From NCBI GenBank assembly GCA_046538795.1, contig JBKHIF010000002.1, forward strand, positions 1-42,022: a stretch of 42,022 nucleotides of DNA, in the 5' to 3' direction. Under the pieces are notes generated by a model. It made no database searches. It was not told where the DNA came from and worked only from the letters and a program-made list of their open reading frames with translations. The position numbers were made by a program, and so were the translations under genes. Below are positions 11,544 to 20,055 of this stretch, piece after piece (position 1 is the first letter of the stretch; the number at the start of each line of letters is the position of its first letter). This stretch comes from Candidatus Woesearchaeota archaeon. Lineage in GTDB: Archaea; Nanobdellota; Nanobdellia; Woesearchaeales; CAZJJJ01.

Positions 11544-12002
11544 GTGGCTTTATCAATTGCTGTTCTTATTTTTGCAGGTTTCATGGAAAAAAAGATGAAC
11601 CTTAATAGTCCTAGTTATGTGATGATACTAGTTGTCCTGACACTTCACAACCTTTACCTCTATGGCAATACTTATTTTGGGATACGTTTTGATGTGATCC
11701 TGCATTTCATAGGATGAATTACCATAGCGATGATCACAGACAGGCTTTTTTTTAAAAAGATGCCTTTAGGAAAAAAATTTTTGCTCATCATAGTATTTAC
11801 CATAGGAATAAGCCTTTTTCACGAAATGATAGAATGGATTGGATATAATGTATTTGGAGAAGGACCAGGCATATTCATGTTTGGAAAAGGCGACAGAGGA
11901 GGAAGCAAGTGGTGGAATCTTATGAGAGATGTATCTTCAGCAAGCATAGGTGCCTTAATTTATACATCAGTAAGAACCATAAAAGCAAAAACAAGAAGAT
12001 AA
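11544..12002 (+). pseudogene. DUF2238/YjdF-like membrane protein interrupted by one in-frame TGA (11715-11717)
   Basis: The frame is open from 11496 and GTG 11544 is a possible start. The upstream part ends ...RFDVILHFIG-TGA. The same frame continues ITIAMITDRLFF... into ORF 11730..12002, which carries HEMIEWIGYNVF. Together the two parts give the D-x3-H-x2-G and E-x2-EW patterns I associate with DUF2238. Confidence 0.5.
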
Positions 12003-12008
12003 AGAAAA

Positions 12009-13724
12009 TCAATGTTTACTCCATTTCTTAAGTTTTGACAGACTCCATGTGTTTATTATATCGGCCTTTGATAATCCTGCCCTCCTTGCCTGGCCGACTC
12101 CAAATTTCATGTTATCAAGGCTTCCTGAGATGTGGCTGTCTGTATTGATCGAGAATTTCACACCTGTTTCTTTAAGTGCCCTTATCTTTGAAACCTCAAG
12201 ATCCAGCCTGCGAGGATCAGAGTTTATCTCTAAAGCCACATTATTATTTCTTGCCTCTTTTGAAACTGCTTCAAGATCAAATTCCATAGGTTCTCTTTTG
12301 TGTATCAAGCGTCCTGTAGGATGAGCAAGCACAGATACATGCTTGTTCTTTATGGCATTCAATATTTTTTCAGTAAGCTTTTTCTTTGAGATCTTTTTTC
12401 TTGAATGAAGAGATGCGACAACCAGATCGAGTTTTTTAAGAACATTATCTGGATAATCTAAAGAGCCATCGTCTAATATGTTAACTTCTGCAGATTTCAA
12501 AATAGTTATCTTAAAATTATCTGAAAGCCTGTCAATCTCTTTCATCTGCTTTCCAAGTTCATGTTCATCCATGCCGTTAGCAATCCTTTCTGAGACAGAA
12601 TGATCTGTTATAGCGATATATTCATATCCTTTTTCCTCTGCGGCCTCTGCCATCTTTTTTATGCTTTCCTGACCATCACTATATTTTGTATGCATCTGAA
12701 GGTCTCCTTTGATATCTTTCAGTTCTATGATTTTAGGAATCTTATCGGTTTTAGCAAGCTCAAGCTCATCTCGTCCCTCTCTTAATTCAGGGGGTATGAA
12801 GCTAAAACCAAGTTTATTATAAAGCTCTTTTTCAGTCCTGCACCTTATCTTTTTTCCACTATTTTTTTTGAAGAGCCCGTATTCAGATAACTTATATCCC
12901 TGACTTATGGCCTCTTTTCTCAATGCGACATTGTGGTCTTTGCTTCCTGTAAAATACTGAAGAGCTGCTCCAAAATTATCTTCTTCAACCACGCGCAGAT
13001 CAATCTGTATGCCGAAATCAAGTATTACGCTTGATTTTGTATTGCCTTTTGCAAGAACACGTTTCATAGAATTCATAGATACAAAATAATCCATCACATC
13101 TTTTGGCTTTTTTGAAGTCACAAGTATATCTATATCCCCCACAGTCTCTTTCATACGTCTTAAAGATCCTGCATATTCTATCTTCCCGACTGGAGAATTA
13201 TCTTTCAGCTCTTTGACAAGGCTGATTGCCGCAGGATATGCGTCTCCGAGAAGAGTCCGTTTTCTGCTCTTCTCATGTATTTCAATAGATCTTTTGAAAG
13301 ATTCTTCAGATTTTTTTCCAAAGCCTTCAAGTTTCCTTATCTTATTTTCATCTATTGCTTTTTTCAAATCATCAATATCAATTACACCAAGCTTGTCTTT
13401 GAGCTGTTTGGCTTTTTTAGGTCCCATGCCTTCAAGATCAAGAAGCTCACTCTGACCATTTGAAAAACCTTTCAGATGTTTTCTGAATTGTTGCACCTCT
13501 CCTTTTTTTATGTATTCCTCAATATGTTTTGCGATGCTTTTCCCCACACCCGGAATATCTGAAAGACCCTTTATCCCCTGGTCTTCATATATATCTTTCA
13601 CATCCTCATCTAATGAATCTATAACGCGTGCTGCCTTTCTGTATGCTCTTGGCTTCCATTGCACACCTTTTATCTCAAGAGCATCAGATACCCTGTTGAA
13701 AAGCTTTACAATCTTCTTGTTCAT
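12009..13724 (-). CDS. polX: family X DNA polymerase with C-terminal PHP domain
   Basis: 571-aa ORF with HhH motifs (IPGVGKSIAKHI, LEGMGPKKAKQL), the pol-beta nucleotidyltransferase core GSLRRMKETVGDIDILV and PHP motifs (DLQMHTKYSDG, IAITDHS, VASLHS, LAHP, NTDSH). Confidence 0.92.
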   Translation of the reverse strand: MNKKIVKLFNRVSDALEIKGVQWKPRAYRKAARVIDSLDEDVKDIYEDQGIKGLSDIPGVGKSIAKHIEEYIKKGEVQQFRKHLKGFSNGQSELLDLEGMGPKKAKQLKDKLGVIDIDDLKKAIDENKIRKLEGFGKKSEESFKRSIEIHEKSRKRTLLGDAYPAAISLVKELKDNSPVGKIEYAGSLRRMKETVGDIDILVTSKKPKDVMDYFVSMNSMKRVLAKGNTKSSVILDFGIQIDLRVVEEDNFGAALQYFTGSKDHNVALRKEAISQGYKLSEYGLFKKNSGKKIRCRTEKELYNKLGFSFIPPELREGRDELELAKTDKIPKIIELKDIKGDLQMHTKYSDGQESIKKMAEAAEEKGYEYIAITDHSVSERIANGMDEHELGKQMKEIDRLSDNFKITILKSAEVNILDDGSLDYPDNVLKKLDLVVASLHSRKKISKKKLTEKILNAIKNKHVSVLAHPTGRLIHKREPMEFDLEAVSKEARNNNVALEINSDPRRLDLEVSKIRALKETGVKFSINTDSHISGSLDNMKFGVGQARRAGLSKADIINTWSLSKLKKWSKH

Positions 13725-13725
13725 C

Positions 13726-15519
13726 TTATGTCCTCATCTTTATTACTTCATTTACTGATGTTGCCTGTTTGGGTTTTTTATCCGGTCTAATCCTTATGAA
13801 GCGCGGAAACCTAAGAGCTAGACCCTTTTCTTTATTCAACCTTGATTTTCCGGCTGTATGCAAAGGGCTTTCTGTGATCTCTGCTCCCACAACTTCAATA
13901 ACTATTTTTGGTTCATAATATTCATCAGGCTGCATTTCTTTTTCAACAACCACATCATTGAGCTGTTTATCAGTCTTATGAGTCTCAAGTTCATCCATGA
14001 TATCCCTGAAATCTTTATCAGTATACCCTGATCCTACTTTTGTAAAAGATTCAAATCTTGAGTTATCTTTATTGTATAGAGCACAAAGCAATGCACCAAA
14101 CACTGATTTTCTCCTTCCTTTTCCTCTAAAACTTCCTATGACAACAAGATCAAAAGTATCCTGCATCTCATGGGCATATTCTTTTTTCCATTTTATCCAC
14201 AACCAACCTCTTTTTCCTGCCCTATAGAGAGAATTATCTGCTGTTGATTTTGCAATGATACCTTCAAGCCCCTTATCCAGGCACTTTTTAAAAAATTCTC
14301 TGATTTTTGAGATGTCCTGAGAAACAATCCTTCCGGCAAGTTTTATGTACCTTGATTTATCTATGACAGACTCAAGCAATTTTCGTCGTTTGGGATATGA
14401 TTTTCTTATGCATGATTTTCCTTCTAAATAAAGCAGATCAAACAAGAATACTGCAACAGGGATTTCTTTTGCATATTTCTCTACATCATATTTTCTCCGA
14501 CGCTGCATAAGTTCCTGGAATGTACCTATCTTGTTTTTCTCAAAGGGAACAATCTCACCATCCAAGATACATTTTTCTGCTTTGATATTCTTTTTCGAAG
14601 CATCGACTATTTCGGGATATTGTGATGAAATATTTCCCAGCCTTCTTGAAAACAAGATCACCTTATCATCATCTTTATGGATCTGCACCCTTTCACCGTC
14701 ATATTTTTCTTCTGCTGCGATATCCTCAGGCATCTTTTTTAGAAGATTATCAAACGAATTTATACGCTGTGCAAGCATAGGGACTATGGGCCTTCCAATA
14801 GAAATACGAATTCGTTTGATGCCACTAAGACCGCTTTTTGACATGATTCTTCCAACTGAACCAATGTCAGGATCAATATTGTATTTATCCTCTATAACAG
14901 ATTTAACCTCTTCAGGTTTGTCATCGGCTTTTGAAAAAGCATGTGAAAATGCTGAAATAAGAGTCTTTTCTCCCACTCCAAGTCTTAGTTTTCCAAGCAC
15001 TATTCTTATGACATAACAGGCTTCAATTCCTGACGCATAATCAAGGATTTTCTTTAAGATATCAAGTTTCTTTTCCTGGCTTCCTTCTCCGCCTGCTTTT
15101 TGTATTCTCCAGAGCATATCAAAAACATATCCAGGAGTAAGGTCTGCGCCTTTCGCAGCAGAAAATTTTTCAGCAACCTCTCCAAGATCACCTGTCTTTT
15201 TCAGAACTGAATCGATATCCTTTAGACTTTTCCCAAACTTTTCAGAAAGAGCTCTCTTGACCATCTTTTCAGCAAGCCCAAGATCAATATCATCAAAATC
15301 AGGACCAATCTTTCCAAGGACAAAATAACTAAATATCCTTACCTCTTCAGATGAAAGTCCTTGAACAAAATCAGAAACATGCTCTCTCAAAGAATTATCT
15401 GATGTTATTTTTTCAAGTTTTTCAAAAACATTTGTGAAATCTCTGAAACCGACCTTGTCCTCTGGATTTTTTGAAACTGATTTTGATCTCTTTGCCATAC
15501 ATTTATTTAAAATAGGCAT
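13726..15519 (-). CDS. lig: ATP-dependent DNA ligase
   Basis: 597-aa ORF with adenylation motif I EEKYDGERVQIH, EGIIAK, WLWIKWKKEY and an OB-fold C-terminus (LRFPRFIRIRPDK). The stop at 13726 is 1 nt from the polX ATG at 13724. The start could be ATG 15498 instead. Confidence 0.92.
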   Translation of the reverse strand: MPILNKCMAKRSKSVSKNPEDKVGFRDFTNVFEKLEKITSDNSLREHVSDFVQGLSSEEVRIFSYFVLGKIGPDFDDIDLGLAEKMVKRALSEKFGKSLKDIDSVLKKTGDLGEVAEKFSAAKGADLTPGYVFDMLWRIQKAGGEGSQEKKLDILKKILDYASGIEACYVIRIVLGKLRLGVGEKTLISAFSHAFSKADDKPEEVKSVIEDKYNIDPDIGSVGRIMSKSGLSGIKRIRISIGRPIVPMLAQRINSFDNLLKKMPEDIAAEEKYDGERVQIHKDDDKVILFSRRLGNISSQYPEIVDASKKNIKAEKCILDGEIVPFEKNKIGTFQELMQRRRKYDVEKYAKEIPVAVFLFDLLYLEGKSCIRKSYPKRRKLLESVIDKSRYIKLAGRIVSQDISKIREFFKKCLDKGLEGIIAKSTADNSLYRAGKRGWLWIKWKKEYAHEMQDTFDLVVIGSFRGKGRRKSVFGALLCALYNKDNSRFESFTKVGSGYTDKDFRDIMDELETHKTDKQLNDVVVEKEMQPDEYYEPKIVIEVVGAEITESPLHTAGKSRLNKEKGLALRFPRFIRIRPDKKPKQATSVNEVIKMRT

Positions 15520-15735
15520 ACTTTTTAACCTTAGGCCAGAAAAAACAATCTTTATGAAAATTCAGGTACCTTTTTTTTTCATTATGAAAAACTGTCGAAG
15601 AAAAACTGTACACAAAAATAACCTGCCCATTTATACATCCTACAAAAATCAACCGCTTATATTTGATGTTTTGCAAATAAACGCTCCCAAGTTATATAAA
15701 AATGACTTGCATTTGATTTAGTTGAGGTGGTTATA

Positions 15736-16905
15736 ATGAGTAAGACAAAAAAGTCTATAAAAAAACCTGTTTTGTCTGCATTTAAAGCTATTGCAGCAGT
15801 TATTATACTTATGATTGGTTCTGCTGTTTTTATGACTCCTGCTCTTGCACCAAGTGCGCGTGCGCAAACAGGAGATAATTTCAAATGCAATTATGAGTTG
15901 CAGGACAATAGCTATTTTGATGCAGATGATGAAAAAATAATGTTAGACGAAGAAAATGTGGGAACAGAAAATTTGCAGCCATGTCCGGAAGTTCTTATCA
16001 TAACATTTGATATGATCGATCAATTTGAAGATGATGCCTGCACCTACGAAGTCAACGATGAAAACGTATACGGCATAGAAGATCTAGAACTTGATATATA
16101 CTTCAACAAAGATGAATATCCCGGAATAATATCATGCCAGGAAAATATACCTCTGTTGTTCCAGCAGGTCGGCGGAAACTTTGAAATAGAGTCAATACCT
16201 ATGCTTTGGAGTGAAATTGAGCCAGGAGAAAACAGGCTTTATGTTATTGAGAAAGAAGACATACCAATAACTGAGATAAATCTTAATACAGTTGATCGAG
16301 AAGATGAAACTGTATATAGTGACGTTGAGATGATGGTTTCAGCATATCAGGAAAAACCTGAATTTTTAGAAGCCTTAGGAGATGTTGAGAATATTTATTC
16401 ATATCTTCAGATAGAGACTCTTGGAATAACTAATGAAAACATAAACAACAATGTAATTGAGTTTTATGTTGATTCAGACTGGATTGATGCAAACAATATT
16501 GATCCTGAAACAATAACCCTGTACAGAATGACAAATCAGGGATGGACTGATCTTGCGACAACCATGGTTCCTGACAGGATGGTCGAAGGTTATCAGGCAT
16601 ATGAATCAATTACTGATGGTTTCAGCTACTTTGCAATTTATGGTGAAGAAGAGACAATTGATGATGGAACAGATGACCAGCAGGATGATGAAACACAGGA
16701 ACCTCCGATGAATGGCGAAGATGATCAGACTGATGAAAATGGCGAAGAAGACGATCAGATGGAAGAAGATAATGGTGGTTTACTTGCCGGAATAAATACT
16801 GGTCTTCTTGTTGGAGGAGTTGTTGTGCTTGCTATAATAGTCATATTGGTAATCGCAAGCATCATACAAGAGAAAAGATATACAAGAAGAACAAGACGAA
16901 GATAA
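15736..16905 (+). CDS. secreted, C-terminally membrane-anchored protein with PGF-pre-PGF-like domain and acidic linker
   Basis: ATG 15736 lies 6 nt after the SD GAGGTGG (15724-15730). There is an N-terminal signal/TM segment. The stretch VIEFYVDSDWIDANNIDPETITLYRMTNQGWTDLATTMV...GFSYFAIYG matches my recollection of the PGF-pre-PGF domain. It is followed by a D/E/Q-rich linker, a TM helix and an RRTRRR tail. Confidence 0.65.
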   Translation: MSKTKKSIKKPVLSAFKAIAAVIILMIGSAVFMTPALAPSARAQTGDNFKCNYELQDNSYFDADDEKIMLDEENVGTENLQPCPEVLIITFDMIDQFEDDACTYEVNDENVYGIEDLELDIYFNKDEYPGIISCQENIPLLFQQVGGNFEIESIPMLWSEIEPGENRLYVIEKEDIPITEINLNTVDREDETVYSDVEMMVSAYQEKPEFLEALGDVENIYSYLQIETLGITNENINNNVIEFYVDSDWIDANNIDPETITLYRMTNQGWTDLATTMVPDRMVEGYQAYESITDGFSYFAIYGEEETIDDGTDDQQDDETQEPPMNGEDDQTDENGEEDDQMEEDNGGLLAGINTGLLVGGVVVLAIIVILVIASIIQEKRYTRRTRRR

Positions 16906-17001
16906 GAAAATTAGTCTTATTTTTTTATTTTTTTAGTTTATAGTTTCTGTTATTTAATATGCTTCTTAACAATTAAAGGTGAATAAGTAAAGGTGAATAA
17001 G

Positions 17002-17208
17002 ATGAGATATGAAAAACATGATGACAAAGTAACAAAAAATGATATAACTCCGGCAGATGAAGAAAATAGATTTGAAAGAGAAGAAATAGATGCAAATGAT
17101 GATGCTTATTCAGAAGAAGATGCAGAGGAGTTAAGAAAAGGCGACGAGATTGAAGCAGATGAAGAAGGTTTTATGAAAGGTTATGAAGATTCTTATGAGG
17201 AAGGATGA
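17002..17208 (+). CDS. hyper-acidic small protein (68 aa)
   Basis: ATG 17002 is preceded by the SD AGGTGA. About 45% of residues are D/E (…ADEENRFEREEIDANDDAYSEEDAEELRKGDEIEADEEGFMKGYEDSYEEG). No recognisable family. Confidence 0.5.
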   Translation: MRYEKHDDKVTKNDITPADEENRFEREEIDANDDAYSEEDAEELRKGDEIEADEEGFMKGYEDSYEEG

Positions 17209-17217
17209 TTTAAATAA

Positions 17218-17709
17218 TCACTTTTCTTTATAATTACTATATATTCTTACATTTAGTTTCTCATATGGAATAAGGTTAAAACTAAAACGCCAGCGATCAA
17301 AAAGCATTATTGAAACAACAGTCACATCAATCAATAGTTTCCTGCAATTTTGCACAAATATATGGTTTGATTGACACATTTCAATATAGCTTCTTTTTAC
17401 TGTATGTATTTTTGATTTTACTTCATATACAACAATGTTTTCCAGAACCCTATCGTGTTTATTATTTAGTACAAATTCAAGAAGATCACATCGACCCCAT
17501 TCAACTCTAAGATATTTGATAAAATAAAGCAATCTCTTTTTTGATTTATCTATACTGATACGATATTTATTTATGATGTCATCAATTGAATCAAACTGTA
17601 CTACCTGAAATATGAAATTATTCTTTTTCTCCCTTCGCAAAACAATCTTTGCTACATGTTCAAATGCATAACCTCTAAGATTATGCTCAGATATTAGATT
17701 GACTATCAT
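17218..17709 (-). CDS. PD-(D/E)xK nuclease-fold protein (Hjc/restriction-endonuclease-like)
   Basis: 163-aa ORF with N-terminal helix GYAFEHVAKIVL (Glu), a strand with CDLLEF (Asp), and VVYEVKSK (E-x-K). This is the E...D...ExK arrangement of Hjc-like nucleases, but with a ~45-aa insertion. Confidence 0.45.
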   Translation of the reverse strand: MIVNLISEHNLRGYAFEHVAKIVLRREKKNNFIFQVVQFDSIDDIINKYRISIDKSKKRLLYFIKYLRVEWGRCDLLEFVLNNKHDRVLENIVVYEVKSKIHTVKRSYIEMCQSNHIFVQNCRKLLIDVTVVSIMLFDRWRFSFNLIPYEKLNVRIYSNYKEK

Positions 17710-18000
17710 AAAATAAACAAAAGTAAAGACATTAAAAGATCTTTTTGTAAAAAATCAGGATATTTTTCATATTTTTTGAAAAATCTTTCGAGACAACAGA
17801 AAGACTTTCATGAAATATCAATATTTCTAAAAAAAATCCGGAAAAATTAAAAAAATTTGATTAAAGAAGAAATCATCAGAAACTAAAAATCAATTTACAG
17901 CTTTTATTCATTATTCAATCAAGAAATACATTTAAGTAGAATCCAATGGAATCAAAATTGATCAAAAAGATGGAACTTATAAGAATTGTTAAGAAAATTA

Positions 18001-18121
18001 TAGCGGGAGGAGGATTTGAACCTCCGACCTCCGGGTTTCCCACTGGTATGTCCTCGATTTATTGGATCTGGCATGCCAGGATTATGAGCCCGACGGGCAC
18101 TCCTGCCTGCCCCATCCCGCT
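18001..18121 (-). tRNA. initiator tRNA-Met (CAT) with 46-nt intron at canonical 37/38 position
   Basis: Minus-strand read: AGCGGGA-TG-GGGC-AGGCAGGAGT-GCCC-G-TCGGG-CTCATA[46-nt intron, 18037-18082]A-CCCGG-AGGTC-GGAGG-TTCAAAT-CCTCC-TCCCGCT-A. It has A1:U72 and three G:C pairs at the base of the anticodon stem, which are archaeal initiator hallmarks. CCA is not encoded. Confidence 0.85.
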
Positions 18122-18227
18122 GTTTACACAGAGGATGGGTCGTATTTAAAAAGTTTTGCATTTATTTTTCATAAAATCGATGGCAGGCAGGGGGTAAAAT
18201 CACTTCGTGAGAAGAACAAGCCAAAAT

Positions 18228-18803
18228 TTAATCAAATGATTTAATCCAGCTTTCGTAAGAAAGCTGTCCTGTGATAAAATCCATTTTTTTTTCATAAGAA
18301 AGATATTCTTCTGCAAGATCATTTCCTTCTGTATCAGAGAATCTTATCATAATATCAGGATTATGCCCCTCAGGATAATCAAAATTGCTTGTACAGTTGC
18401 TGAACCGATATAAATATGGAAGTATAGATTCTTTATCAGACAGAGTGGATGTTATGTTCACATTAAGAACTCCTGAATCATAGTAGATCATTGTTGCAAG
18501 GTATGTTCTCTCCCTCTTATGACATTCTTCAAATATGCCTGTCTCAGTAAGATATTGCGGGCTTGGAGCAAAATCGTCATCTGTGTCACTTATATCATTG
18601 TTTGGTTCATCAGAACCAGGATCTGACAAGTCCTCATCAAATGTACTTAAATTAGAATCATCTGCGACTTCACCAGAATCAAAGGGTTTTGAGACAAAAA
18701 GAACAAAAGCTAAAACAGCAACAACAAATATGGAATATTTAAGAAGATGATTTTTGATATGCTCTTTCTTTTTTGCTGATAACTTGTGCTTTTTTGAAGC
18801 CAT
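18228..18803 (-). CDS. type-II membrane-anchored extracytoplasmic protein, unknown function
   Basis: 191-aa ORF with a basic N-terminus, one TM helix (YSIFVVAVLAFVLFV), an acidic linker and a globular C-terminal domain containing 2 Cys. Confidence 0.55.
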   Translation of the reverse strand: MASKKHKLSAKKKEHIKNHLLKYSIFVVAVLAFVLFVSKPFDSGEVADDSNLSTFDEDLSDPGSDEPNNDISDTDDDFAPSPQYLTETGIFEECHKRERTYLATMIYYDSGVLNVNITSTLSDKESILPYLYRFSNCTSNFDYPEGHNPDIMIRFSDTEGNDLAEEYLSYEKKMDFITGQLSYESWIKSFD

Positions 18804-18825
18804 ATGAATTTAACTGAAAAGCTCA

Positions 18826-18833
18826 TTTATAAA
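18826..18833 (-). promoter_or_regulatory. TATA box TTTATAAA
   Basis: Centred 26-27 nt upstream of the ATG at 18803, with no SD. This implies a leaderless transcript. Confidence 0.55.
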
Positions 18834-18852
18834 ATTAGTGTTTCTGGTAATT

Positions 18853-19959
18853 CTACTGCCTGAAATATTTTGCAAGCCTGACTTTTGTCTGGGAAGAATA
18901 ATTATTATTAGAAAAACCATAAGGATTATCAGGCATAGATTTATTTTTGAAAAATTCCATAAGACATATGGGCTGACCATCATATATTGTTATATTTTCA
19001 TGCGGCCTTACTTCCAAAACAGCCACGCATCCCTTAACCTCTCCTTCTTTCCCATATCCAAAACCAGGATCAAAAAAACCCGCATAATGCACTCTTAGTT
19101 CCCCGACCTGGTTGAAAAAAGGTATCATTTCTGAAGAATAATCTAATGGTACTGAAATCCTTTCTTTTGTAGATAATATGTAAAACCTGTCTTTTTCAAG
19201 CGTAAGCTTCCCATGATCATTATTTCCTGTAACAATACTCTTGAAAAACTTATTTGGATCATATTCATCTTTTTTTGAAAGATCTATAACCTCATTAGTG
19301 TGTCTTCCAGAATAGCCTACAAAAGATCCTTTTTTAGCATTAAGCGTCATAAGAAGCTTTTTTTCATAGAAATTTGCATCAAGAGGATAGCCGTTTTCAT
19401 CGTAAACAAAACAATCATCGCCCAGACAGGCTGAATTTAAAACTTCGCGATGATCAGAACTATTGGCACCTATATTTTCAAAAAGCATCATCTGGTTCAA
19501 TGGCATGCCTTTTTTCAGCCTTATATTGAATGATTGTGGAGTTACTTCTATCCAGACACGCCCTTTCGAGCCAGGAGGGACAGAGTCATACAGGCCAACC
19601 CGGTCAAAGATACTTCTCACAAGGAGATCAACCCGCCCTATGGAACTTTTTGGGCTCATCTTGGCATAGGTTCCATCAGGAAGATTAACATCTATCGTAG
19701 GGATCAGATATGTTATTCCCTTGTATAGTATTCCTGATTCTCTGAGATCAACCTTTTCAATAGTGAATCGTTCAAGAATATAATCGACGTCATTATTGAA
19801 AGGAAGAAATTTCTGCTTCAAGACATAAGCGAAATCTCCAACAGGCAAGTCTATAGACGCAGGCTGTGTGTGTCCATCAAGATCAAAGCCAAAAGCTGAT
19901 GATATTTTCTTATCTGCGATAAGTTTTTTTATGTCCCTGTCTACAAGCGCAACCTTCAT
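18853..19959 (-). CDS. dcd: dCTP deaminase, long two-domain form (DCD family)
   Basis: The C-terminal half has the canonical Dcd/dUTPase-fold motif VHYAGFFDPGFGYG...VLEVRPHE. The N-terminal half is a degenerate second copy (SPKSSIGRVDLLVRS...GRVWIEVTP). I prefer the start at MKVALVDRDIKKL (ATG 19959) because TTTTTTAAA lies ~28 nt upstream; the ORF-track start is 19983. Confidence 0.75.
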   Translation of the reverse strand: MKVALVDRDIKKLIADKKISSAFGFDLDGHTQPASIDLPVGDFAYVLKQKFLPFNNDVDYILERFTIEKVDLRESGILYKGITYLIPTIDVNLPDGTYAKMSPKSSIGRVDLLVRSIFDRVGLYDSVPPGSKGRVWIEVTPQSFNIRLKKGMPLNQMMLFENIGANSSDHREVLNSACLGDDCFVYDENGYPLDANFYEKKLLMTLNAKKGSFVGYSGRHTNEVIDLSKKDEYDPNKFFKSIVTGNNDHGKLTLEKDRFYILSTKERISVPLDYSSEMIPFFNQVGELRVHYAGFFDPGFGYGKEGEVKGCVAVLEVRPHENITIYDGQPICLMEFFKNKSMPDNPYGFSNNNYSSQTKVRLAKYFRQ

Positions 19960-20055
19960 AAATTCAGAGAATATTAATATCATTTAAAAAACTAACCTAA
20001 GCAAAAGCCGCAACTTCCAAAAACTATAAATAATAAATAACTAAAAAAAACTATT

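Noticed and set aside
17946-18161. ORFs 17946..18149 (+) and 17952..18161 (-)
   Set aside because: Both lie exactly over the intron-containing tRNA-iMet gene. Their openness comes from GC-rich tRNA sequence in an AT-rich genome.
15727-18803. Integrated mobile element or provirus at tRNA-iMet
   Set aside because: I found no integrase, transposase or capsid-like gene, and no duplicated copy of the tRNA 3' end (att-like direct repeat) in the window. Only weak accessory character remains.
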